Below are positions 12,423-23,440 of a stretch of DNA of 64,000 nucleotides, piece after piece. Origin of the DNA: Octopus sinensis (Eukaryota). The DNA lies in NCBI RefSeq assembly GCF_006345805.1, contig NC_043002.1, positions 45,694,001-45,758,000 on the forward strand. Reading direction: 5' to 3'. Every line of letters begins with the position of its first letter. Position 1 is the stretch's first letter. Made by a program: the position numbers and the translations under genes. The notes under the pieces were generated by a model. It was not told the DNA's origin. It made no database searches and saw only the letters and a program-made list of their open reading frames with translations.

Positions 12423-13588
12423 ATATATATATGTATGTATATGTAAATAAGACACAGTATAAATAATGGTCATTACATATTTTTTGTTATTGCAGTAAAT
12501 TTGACTTACAGCTGTTTCCAGTACTTATTATAGGTTTGTTATTGATAGGTTTACTCAATCAGTCCATTTATTAGTTGAGAAAATTTGAACAACGTAAAAA
12601 GTTAATGCTGCTTTCGTCAGTTTCATGACAATGAAAGTAGCATTAACTTTAGGTCATTCAGTTTTTCTCAACAATTTTAACAAAGACTTTCTTTCACCTG
12701 AGGACGTAGCTTAATTTCTGCAGTGTTTAAAAGATTTTTTGCATTTTGCATTAATGCAGACATATAAGTAATTAATTTATTATTAATTAATTACATATAA
12801 GTAAATAATATATTATTAAATATAATAATATACATTATCTTTACATGCTTTAAGTTAAGAAACAATTTGTCATAATATCTGAATTTTTCTTATTGTTAAA
12901 TAAATTTTCATCAAACTATTTCTCTGTCATTTATAACTTTATATGTTCCTTATTGTTTTCTCTCTTGTATCGTACTACATATTCTATATGTTTTGTAGCA
13001 TGATACATTAAGGAGCTTTTTTATAAATACTACCAGTTTACTTGATTCTATATATTGTGATTTAAATACACACACACGTATAAGTGCAAGCATAGCTATG
13101 TGGCTAAGGAGTTCACTTCCCAACCAAATGGTCTCAGGTTCAGACCTACTGGATGTCACATTGAGCAAGTGTCTTCTATTTCATAGCAGTGACCGACCAA
13201 AGCTTAGAGAAGCTTGTTGTTCATATGTACATGTGTGTTTGTGTGTGTGTGTGTGTGTGTGTTTTAACATTGCATAATAGTTGCAAGTGTTACTGTTATA
13301 CGAGTGATGTCATTCATTTCTAGTCTTCTTTAAAAACATGGCTGGCCAAGAGGGAAATATTACCCTACTTTGAAGCAAGTAAGAGTTGGTGTCAAGAAGA
13401 GCATCAGGCCATAGAAAATCTCAACAAAATCCGTCTGACCCATGCAAGCATGGAAAAGTAGTACTTTAAATGATGATATCCACACACATACATAAATATA
13501 TTCATACATACATACATCCATTAATGTATATGTACATACAAACAAACAAATGTACAAAACTTGTCAATGTAGCTAAAATAAACTGTGA

Positions 13589-13732
<144 letters not shown>

Positions 13733-15001
13733 TAACTTATTCATTTAGGAATTCTACAGAAATGTTAGAGGGAATATGAATAATAAAAAGCTGTTAAGAA
13801 GATAGATGAAAGAACAACATAGGGAATCTGAATTTAGGTAAAACAAACTACCATACTAGAGTTGTTGTTTAGCCCTGGATAACCCAGATTAACTGACATA
13901 TGATGAAAGGCATTCCAGCCTTGACCATTGTATCATTTTGCTTATCAAATATGGATTGTTCAACATATATATCTTCATTTTAGATGGTTTGGTGTGATTT
14001 GAGGGAATTTTGCCTGCTATTTCTTGTTTAGTAACTCGGTAGAGGCCTTCTCATTGAGCTGAATACAAGTGAAAAAAGCTAATGAAGGACCCGCTCTGTG
14101 CTTGATAAAAAAGCAGAAAAATCTTCCTCAAATGACACTATAGTGTCTTAAGAAAGGAAACAAGCCTTCTTTTCATTACCACCTTCTCACAATAAATCTG
14201 TTCCTTTCCATCATGGAATATTTTCTTTTGTTCTGCAAGCTGCAAAGCAACTCCAACTCCAACAGCTGGTGCTTACAAAAATACCCAGTACACAGTAAAT
14301 ATTTACTAATCAATCCAATCAGTAATAATGCTGAACGAGAGTGCTCTTTAGTCTTTCTGATGACATGGCAACCTTTGTAGTACTGGTGCCACAAAAAAAC
14401 ACCCAGTATACTCTGTAAAGTAGTAGGTATTAGGAAAGACATCCATCCATGGAAACCATGCCAAAAATGAAATGTTAGAGGAAAACATGGTAACTGAGCC
14501 ATTGAATCCTGTTGAATTGTCCCTCCCATGCCAGCATGAAAAGTGGACATGGCCTTGTGGCAAAAAGTTTGCTTCCCAATGACATAATTCCAGGTTTCAG
14601 TCCCATTGCATAGCACCTTGGGCAAATGTTTTCTTTTATAACACTGGGTTGATCAAAGCATAAATGAATTTGGTATACAGAAATTGAAAGAAGCTCATTG
14701 TATGTGTGTGTGTATGACTGGCTTGAACATAAAACTGGCATAATATTTGGGTTGGATATGACTAGTTTAAATGCTAACGAGTTTAAGTGATAGAGTGTAG
14801 GAAGGCCAACCAGCCATTGAGACCATGTTTAACAGATAAAAATGACATCAACTAAGACTATGGATTAATCTCTGCTACTCTATGTACTTGATGGTAAAGG
14901 ACATGCAGTGAGATACTGTGAGACCCATCTAATCCATACCATGAAAAGAAATGGATCTGAAGTGATGATGGTTATATAAAATGAAAATGATTATATAATT
15001 A

Positions 15002-15220
15002 TGAGTGGGTGCTGGAAAGTTCCTGGTTTTAAGGGTATTGCAAAAGGTCTGGTAAGGGGCCCAACCTTCCAAGTCCTTTTATAGGGCTTAGAAAAACTGA
15101 AGGGCCGCAACAGTAAATGTGTGAATCTGAGAGGGTAATATGTTGAATAAAATCATAATTAACTGATCCTACTGTATTTTCTTTTACCCAAAACCAGGAA
15201 CTTTTCAGTAGACCTTCGTA
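15002..15220. mobile_element. ~215-bp mariner-type MITE (second copy ~31790-32007)
   Basis: Terminal inverted GAAAGTTCCTGG / CCAGGAACTTTTC; two homologous copies in the window. Confidence 0.7.
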
Positions 15221-15234
15221 TATATGTGTGTGTA

Positions 15235-15277
<43 letters not shown>

Positions 15278-15424
15278 GGGATGGGGGGGGGTGTAGGTAC
15301 ACCGAATCTTGAATTAGGAGAAAGCATCTGTAATGCCCCCATTTTGTATTGCTACATGTTGTCAAAATCTTTGCCATACAAGTTATATTAACATTACTAA
15401 TTATTTTACTTTGTATTTGTTTAG

Positions 15425-15684
15425 GTTCTCGCCAAAAGAAGCTCATCCCACTCATCATTGAATACTGTACTAAGTATCCAAAGATTTTACACCAAATTAC
15501 TCCATGTGATTTCACCAAGGGAGATATGCATGAATGGGCTTGGAAGCGACTGGCTTCTGCTATCAAAGCACCTTTTGACTTTTCTGATTACAGTTCTAAT
15601 GACAGTGAACTGAATGAGCTGACTCTCAAGCTACCATTATGTCGGTCTCTTTCCGTTCACAGTAAAAATGAATCAACATCCTGA
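15425..15684 (+). CDS. MyD88: MyD88 terminal coding exon (TIR C-terminus plus Ser-rich tail)
   Basis: tttag acceptor phase 1; (G)SRQKKLIPLIIEYCTKYPKILHQITPCDFTKGDMHEWAWKRLASAIKAPFDFS...NESTS*; KKLIP and W.WKRL motifs; stop TGA 15682-15684. Confidence 0.95.
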
Positions 15685-15822
15685 AGACTCTATGTGGAAT
15701 ATTCCCTGTTTTTTTTTATTTTTAAAAAAATACTCTTTTTTAATTCATTAAATCTCTGATTGTCATCAGTGGTTTACTCATGTAGATATATAATAGGTTA
15801 AAAATTTAAGAGTTTCAACTGT

Positions 15823-15828
15823 AATAAA
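15823..15828 (+). promoter_or_regulatory. Candidate MyD88 polyadenylation signal (AATAAA)
   Basis: First canonical AATAAA after the stop codon (ATTAAA also near 15747); the next clear AATAAA I noted is at 16792. Confidence 0.45.
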
Positions 15829-15847
15829 CCATCTAAGAAATATAAAC

Positions 15848-15994
15848 ATGTACATTATTTACTTTATTTACATTCAACGGATATTTGTCTTCATCTTGTT
15901 TGTTGTTAGCACAATGTTTCGGCTGATATACCCTCCAGCCTTCTTCTGGTGTCTTGGGGAAATTTCGAACCTGGGTTCTCATTCCTAAGGTATT

Positions 15995-16032
<38 letters not shown>

Positions 16033-16337
16033 CAGGTCACTGCTTGGAATCAAACTCGGAATCTTGGGGTTAGTAGCCCATTCTCTTAACCACTTAACCC
16101 CAAGATTCCGAGTTTGATTCCAAGCAGTGACCTGAACAACAACAACAACAACAACAACAAAATACCTTAGGAATGAGAACCCAGGTTCGAAATTTCCCCA
16201 AGACACCAGAAGAAGGCTGGAGGGTATATCAGCTGAAACGTTGTGTTAACAACAAACAAGATGAGGACAAATATCTGTTGAATGTAAATAATATAAATAA
16301 GGCACATAATTCCTCATCTCTTAAATATAGAACTGTA
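15848..16337. repeat. Long inverted duplication of a tRNA-headed, hammerhead-bearing repeat
   Basis: Arms 15848-16072 and 16095-16307 are near-perfect reverse complements around a 22-nt loop. Confidence 0.95.
16202..16247 (+). ncRNA. Minimal type I hammerhead-like motif with mutated core (CAGAAGA); mirror copy on - at 15908-15953
   Basis: GACAC-CAGAAGA-A-GGCTG[gagggtatat]CAGCT-GAAAC-GTT-GTGTT: stems I and II pair, palindromic AACGTT stem III. Confidence 0.6.
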
Positions 16338-19300
16338 TAGATATGTAAATTGTATGAAATCTATTTTTGAAGTTTATTACTGAAAAACACCTACATCACC
16401 TTATAAATTTTATTTTTATATATCACCATCATTCAATTGTTGTAGCAGATGGTCCTAACCAAGGTACCACATGGAATTTTTACCAACTGTGATCTCTTGG
16501 TCATGAGCCATCTTTTTAATGAAACAATTTTTTTCAATAACTGAAGACAAAAAACAAAACCTTGACCCTTTAACATTCAGATTACTCTGTCAAATGAAAT
16601 ACTTATTTAATCACATTGTTTTGAATTAATCAGGGGTTATCTTGTAGCTTTGAGATTCTGATGATGTGATGTTTTTTTTTAGAATAACTTTGTAAGGTAG
16701 ATGTGAGAGGCTGGATCTGACTAGTTTGAACATAAAACAGGTAGGTTATTTTGGCAGGATACAATCAGTTTAAATGCTAAAGGGTTAACACAATAAACGT
16801 GTAAGTGTCATGGGAAACATTGAATGAAGGTGGGACACATGTTTACTAGAATGGTCTATACTGCCAGTGCTACATGTTTGTCTGAGTATCTTATAGTTGA
16901 TAAAATAATACAGTAAAAATACCAGAAACAATTTATTGTACCGTTTTTAAAATTTTTTATTCTTTTTAATGGTGTGGGTCTAAAGGAAGGATCTGTACCT
17001 ATAGCCATGGCAGACCTTCCAAAACTTTTGAGATTGTTGTTATTGTTGTTGTTAATATCTGAAATAGTTGCAAACTGACATCTATAGGAAAAACGAGAAG
17101 GTAGTGAATTCTAGAGGATCAATGTTCAAGGAAGGAAAGATAGGGCAAAATTTTGATGTAGGAGCTGATAGCATCATCATCTTTATACCACCAACACCAA
17201 CACCATCATTTTAATGGCCATTGTTTCATATTTGCATACGTTAGATGAAGCTTGTTTAAGCAGGGGTTTTTTCTACATCCAGATAAGATTATCTTCCCCA
17301 CTAGTCTTTTGAACATAAATAGCTCAATAGAAGGACATGCTATTGCAGAGGGATGCAAACAAAGGACACTATTTGTATGATTGTGATTTGGGGGATTTAC
17401 AATTAGCATGCATACACACACACACGCATACTACAGACACATATACAACAGGTTTCTTCCAGTTTCCATCTACCAAATTTCACTCAAAAGGCATCAATCC
17501 ACCTGTAACTATATTAGAAGACATCAACCAACTGTCTGTGCAGTAGAAATTAATCCTAAACTATATGATTTGAAGGCATCCTATCTTAATCACACACCAA
17601 ATATATTTCTTCATTTGTTTTTACATCCATCTTTTCATACTGGAATGGGTTATATAAATATATATTACTGAGGCATTGTTTTAAAACCTGATTCTCTTCC
17701 TGTTACTAACCCTTAACTGTTTTTCAATACAAGTTATTAAAATTAATATTAATAATGCAAGATGATGGTTTGTACTTTTACTTGTTATTTTAATATTCCA
17801 GGATTAGGATCCCTTCAGGAAATCTTTGGAGAAAAGGTGTTGTTAGTCAGCTAACAATTTTCTTGTTTGCATCACCAGACCTATATATACACTCACACAT
17901 ACATACATACACACATAACACAGACTTCCATACAGTTTTTTGTATTAAATTTCACTGACAATGCATTTATTAACCTGAGGCTGTAGTAGAAATACTTGCA
18001 CAAAATATCACACCATGGGACCAAACCTGAAACCATGTGGTTGATAATACAATCTTAAATATACATGGCAAGAATGAGTAATAACATATCAAGCTATCTT
18101 ATTTTTTGAATTAAAATAAAATGCTGGACCATTCCTTTTACAATTAGAAGAAAAAAGACTATTAGAAGGCCATTAGAAGAAAAAAAAAATTCAGTAGGCT
18201 GTTAATCAGACTAAGTATGCAAAGTAGGATTTCAAGTTATTGGAGCCATCACACAGAGCCAATTCTGCTCAGACTTGATCTTCAGTGGTTAGGGCCTTGA
18301 AGAACCAATTGGAGACTTTACTGATTGCAGTAGGTGATAAATCTGTCCCTGAGGTTCTGTCATGTCCTTTGAAATATATATATTGGAAAGGGCACAACAG
18401 AACTTAGTCATAGCTGTGTGTTAAGAAGTTCACTTCACAACCACATGGCTTGGCACCTTTGACAAGTTTCTTTTACTGTAGCTCTGAGCCATCCAAATTT
18501 TTGTAAGGGAGCTTCTTAGATAGAAACTGTGCAAAAGTTCATTATGTGTGTGCGTGTTTGTGTATTGAGTTTGTGTTTATCTCTGTCCTGATAGTTTAGT
18601 AGTCTGTTAAGAGGCCAAGGGAATAAATGCAGACTTAAAATAGGTACTGACTAAACTCTTCTAGGGCAATGCCCCAGCATGATGACTGCAATCCTGGGAC
18701 TAAAACAAGAAAAAAAAAAAGAAAGAAATAGAATATTGAAAGATTTTTTTATATTTTCATTTGCATTCATGTTACTTTGACATGTTTGGGGTATGCAATA
18801 ATGCCAGTGAAAATGTGAAGGGGTTGAAAATGTTTTATAGGTACATGTATAAACTGTTTTAGTATACATATAAAATACTAAATAAAATGTATTTCAGAAA
18901 ATACTGTTATTATTAGTATTATTTCTCTTATTCTCATTTGTCTTCATGTTCTGAGTCCAAATTCTGCCAAGATTTACTTAGCTTTTCATCATTTGAGGGT
19001 TAATAATATAAATGCCAATTGAGTACTAGGGTTGATGTGATTGACTTTGGTAAAGCCCCACTTTGGTCATCAATGACCATGAGATAGCTCCTAGAAAGTT
19101 ACCTTCCGAGGCACAAATCCAAGATTGTTTATGGAAGGCCAGCAGTTACCCATGCATCCCAGCCTTCCCTCTCCATGCCAACAATATTATCCAAGAGAAA
19201 AGCAAAGTGTGATACAGCTTGCCACCAGTGACATTGCAACTCATTTCTATAGCTGAGTGAACTGGAGCAATGTGAAATAAAGTGTCTTGTTCAAGAACAG

Positions 19301-20299
19301 AACACAGAACTTGGTTTGGGAATTGAACTCACTAACTCATAATTCTGAGCTCAACATTCTAGCCACTAAGCCCTCCTCCTGAAATTACTGGCCTTGGGCA
19401 AAATTTAAAGCCATTTCTTTTATTCAGTAGAATTTTATACTCTGTGCATATGTGTTTGTATCTAATTATACTATGGTGCTCATTTTGCTTTTCTTATAAG
19501 AGGATTATTTTTGAGTTGGTACAGAATTGATGTATGTGGATTATGAAAGATCAAAATGAATGACAGGCTCATCTAATTGATGTCAACTTGAAAGAAGAAA
19601 AACACATTTTGATAATGAGAATGAGGAAGAATACTTGGTTGAATCAACCTAAGTATAATACTGATGCATTTTTATTGATGTTACAGTCATCAAAAGAGGA
19701 TGACTGGGTAGCATATATCATGCTTTCACTAATTGTTTTAGGCAAGCCATACAGTGATGAGCAGCAACATACAGCCTTTTGAGCCTTCCACTCTTGACCT
19801 AACAAATCAACCAGGATGTGACAGTTAGCAGGAAAGAGAAAGATGGGGGTGAGGTCATACCAGTACTAAGTACCAAGCAAGTACTTTATTTATCAACCTT
19901 GTAAAATAGAATACAAAGTTGACTTTGGTTGACTTGAACTCAGAGTGCAAAGAGATGGACCAAATACTGAAATGCCTTTTCTTTGATACTTTCATGGCAT
20001 AGATTCAGCACCCTCTGTTTATGGCCATTAACACAAGCGAGATAACCATTCCCTTAAAACTAGGTGGGATTAGAATTTTAAATTTTAAATTAAAGAATAT
20101 GAAGAAGATACATAGACATCACAGAATTTTTCAAAAAGTCTATTAATAAGTTATTACAATATCTTGTTGGGGGTAATTGTGTACAGCACTATTTCATTCT
20201 TTTTATAAATCTACAGCATGATTTAAGCAGTAATTTATTAAAATAACTATGTGCTTATATATTGGGGCATCCTATAAATAATGCGGCTTTATAGTACTT

Positions 20300-21765
20300 T
20301 TCATCATCATCATCATCGTTTAGCGTCCGTTTTCCATGCTAGCATGGGTTGGACGGGTCAACTGGGGTCTGGGAAGCTGGAAGGCTTCGTCAGGCCCAGT
20401 CAGATCTGGCAGTGTTTCTACGGCTGGATGCCCTTCCTAATGCCAACCACTCCGCGAGTGTAGTGGGTGTTTTTTACGTGCCACCTGCACAGGTGTCAGA
20501 CAGAGCTGGCGAACGGCCATGAACGGATGGTGCTTTTACGTGTCACCGGCACGGGGCCAGGCGATGCTGGCAACGGACACGAACGCATGGTGCTTTTACG
20601 TGCCACCGACACGGGGCCAGACAGAGCTGGCAACCGGCCACGAACGGACGGTGCTTTTATGTGTCACCAGCACGGGGGCCAGCCGAGGCTGGCAACGGAC
20701 GCGAGCGGATGGTGCTTTTATGTGCCACCGACACGGTTGCCAGACAGAGCTGGCAAACGGCCACGAGCGGACGGTGCTTTTACGTGTCACCGGCACGGGG
20801 GCCAGCCGAGGCTGGCAACGGACACGGACGGATGGTGCTTTTACGTGCCACCGACACGGGGCCAGACAGAGCTAGCAAACGGCCACGAACGGATGGTGCT
20901 TTTACGTGTCACCGGCACGGGGGCCAGCCGAGGCTGGCAACAGACGCGAACAGGTGGTGCTTTTACATGCCACCGACACGGTTGCCAGACAGAGCTGGCA
21001 AACGGCCACGAGCGGACGGTGCTTTTACGTGTCACCGGCACGAGGGCCAGCCGAGGCTGGCAACGGACACGGACGGATGGTGCTTTTACATGCCACCGAC
21101 ACGGGGCCAGACAGATCTGGCAAACGGCCACGAACGGATGGTGCTTTTACGTGCCACCGACACGGGGCCAGACAGAGCTGGCCAACGGCCACGAACGGAC
21201 GGTGCTTTTACGTGACACCGGCACGGGGCCAGGCGAGGCTGGAAACGAACACGAACGGATGGTGCTTTTACGTGCCACCGACACGGGGCCAGACAGAGCT
21301 GGCAAACGGCCACGAACGGATGGTGCTTTTACGTGCCACCGACACGGGGCCAGACAGAGCTGGCAAACGGCCACGAACGGATGGTGCTTTTACGTGCCAC
21401 CGACACGGGGCCAGACAGAGCTGGCCAACGGCCACGAACGGACGGTGCTTTTACATGTCACCGGCACGGGGCCAGGCGAGGCTGGAAACGAACACGAACG
21501 GATGGTGCTTTTACGTGCCACCGACACGGGGCCAGGCAGAGCTGGCAAACGGCCATGAGCGAATGGTGCTTTTACGTATCACCGGCACGGGTGCCAGACG
21601 AGGCTGACAGCGGACACGAACAGATGGGTCACTTAACCCCTGCTTTCTGATATATGATTTGATTTTGATTGTTATCACTGGTCTTGCCGGGTCTTCTCAC
21701 GCACAGCATACTTCCATAGGTCTCGGTCTCTGGTCATTTCCTTGGTGAGACCTAGAGTTCGAAGG
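20300..21765 (-). mobile_element. 3' end of an RTE-type LINE: last codons, 3' UTR with expanded minisatellite, (GAT)n tail
   Basis: Minus strand LRTLGLTKEMTRDRDLWKYAVREKTRQDQ* (~21670-21765; RTE-like DRxxW C-terminus); conserved GTTGGCATTAGGAAGGGCATCC..CCAACCCATGCTAGCATGGAAA and (GAT)n end. Confidence 0.8.
20467..21620. repeat. GC-rich minisatellite, ~19 units of 60-61 bp
   Basis: Anchor GGTGCTTTTA recurs about every 60-61 nt from ~20529 to ~21570. Confidence 0.97.
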
Positions 21766-21799
21766 TTGTGCTTTTGTTTTTCAAAATACTTTTTTAATC

Positions 21800-22950
21800 T
21801 AAAATATACTTTCCTTTATTTTCTACAATGCTCTTCCATCTATCTGGTAGACTTGCAAGGCACCTCTTCACTTGTCTGTGAGGAAAAATACTCCTCCAGT
21901 ATTGTTCTGACCTCATCTACAGAATTCATATTTTTTCTGTCCAAATGATTTTGAAGACTGCAGAATAAATGATAATCAGATGGGGCAATGTCTGGTGAAT
22001 ATGGCAGGTGGGGCATTGTTTCTCATTCAAACTGCTCCAGCCTTTGGAATATCATCCTTGCTGTATGTGGCTGGGCATTATCCTGATGGTAGAACACTTT
22101 TCATCTTGAAACCAAAGATGGTTGTTTTTCTTCTAGTGCTGACTTAAGCCACTCAAGCTGCTCGCAGTAGATCTCCTTTGTTATCAGTTGGTTTGGGTTT
22201 AAAAGTTCAAAGTGGACTAAACCTTTCATATCTCACCAAACATAACAACACCTTATATGGGTGAAGACCTTCTTTAGCCTGGGGTGTTGGTGTTTCTCCT
22301 TTGCCTTCCCACTGTCTTTGGTGCTTGACATTTTTATAGAGATTCCATTTCTTGTCATCAGTCCAAAAAAGGTTCATTCGTGAGACATGACAGTAAAGAG
22401 CATACATTCATTTTCTGTGCATAATTAGACTTGGAAAGTTTGTGAAGAACCCACTGACCCAATTTACTGACTTTTCTGATGGCATGCTCCTCTGCTAGTT
22501 CCTCAACAGTTACGATGGGATTTTGTTCTACTTGGGTTTGCATGACATCCTCATTGAGCTCTCTACAGATCTTTCAGGATGAGGTTCATCTTCTAAGCTG
22601 TAGTTTCCGGCTCAGAATTTCTGGAACCACTGATAACACTGGCTTATGCTTATTGTCCGATCCCCATATACTGCATTAATATTCTTCACACTTTCTGTTG
22701 CATTATTGCCTTTATTGAACTCATAAAGTAAAATATGCCGAAAATGCTCCTTTGTCACTTCCATTATAGCTTTGAAAAAAATAACTGTTAAAATCGAACT
22801 GCACTCTTCAAAACTTGCACTGAGAATAAGTACAAAGTAAAATTACTACCTAATTTTATAGCAAGTTGAATCAGGTAAGTTTATCCCATCCCCTTCTGAC
22901 CTGTTAGTTCATGTAATTGAAAAAATCTCATTATTTATGGGATGACTCAA
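21800..22950 (-). mobile_element. Degenerate mariner
   Basis: Minus-strand PHLPYSPDIAPSDYHLFCSLQNHL; right end TTATTTATGGGATGACTCAA followed by TA; left end lost. Confidence 0.85.
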
Positions 22951-23374
22951 TACATGAAGCTTACATAAATTCCAGAAAATAAACACACACTACATCGGCA
23001 CCTAGAGAGATTGGTGGCAGTATGTTACATACTCATGAATGATGGCTGTAATTGGTTGATGTTGTTAGAAATATAAACCATATATAAATTTGCCCATATG
23101 AATTCATTATATTACCATTCTTTCTGTAGTGATCTCGTGCAGATGATACTTTAGTTTTACTATTGTCACGTGCGTAATTTAAGCTAATCTGAAACTAATA
23201 GCCTGTAAGCACTTTTTCTCCTTCCTTTTTGCTAGATAAACAAAACACTTGACCATTTTATTAGATTTGTTATTGTAATGCATGTTGTTTTAATCAATCA
23301 GCAACTGATAGCCTGTTCAGCCATTTTTTTTACTATATCCAGAGAATAAAAATTCATTTTGGCTCATTTGCTCA

Positions 23375-23440
23375 GCATCTCTTTCTCACACTAGTAGCAT
23401 CTCTTTCTCACACTAGTAGCATCTCTTTCTCACAATAGTA
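23375..23440. repeat. 22-bp tandem triplication
   Basis: AGCATCTCTTTCTCACACTAGT x3, one mismatch. Confidence 0.9.

Noticed and set aside
20467-21650. Long ORFs (363, 233, 184 aa) over the GC-rich array, and its superficial CRISPR-like periodicity
   Set aside because: The ORFs are translations of a 60-61-bp tandem repeat that cycles through frames. There are no unique spacers or cas genes, and the array sits in a eukaryotic LINE UTR.
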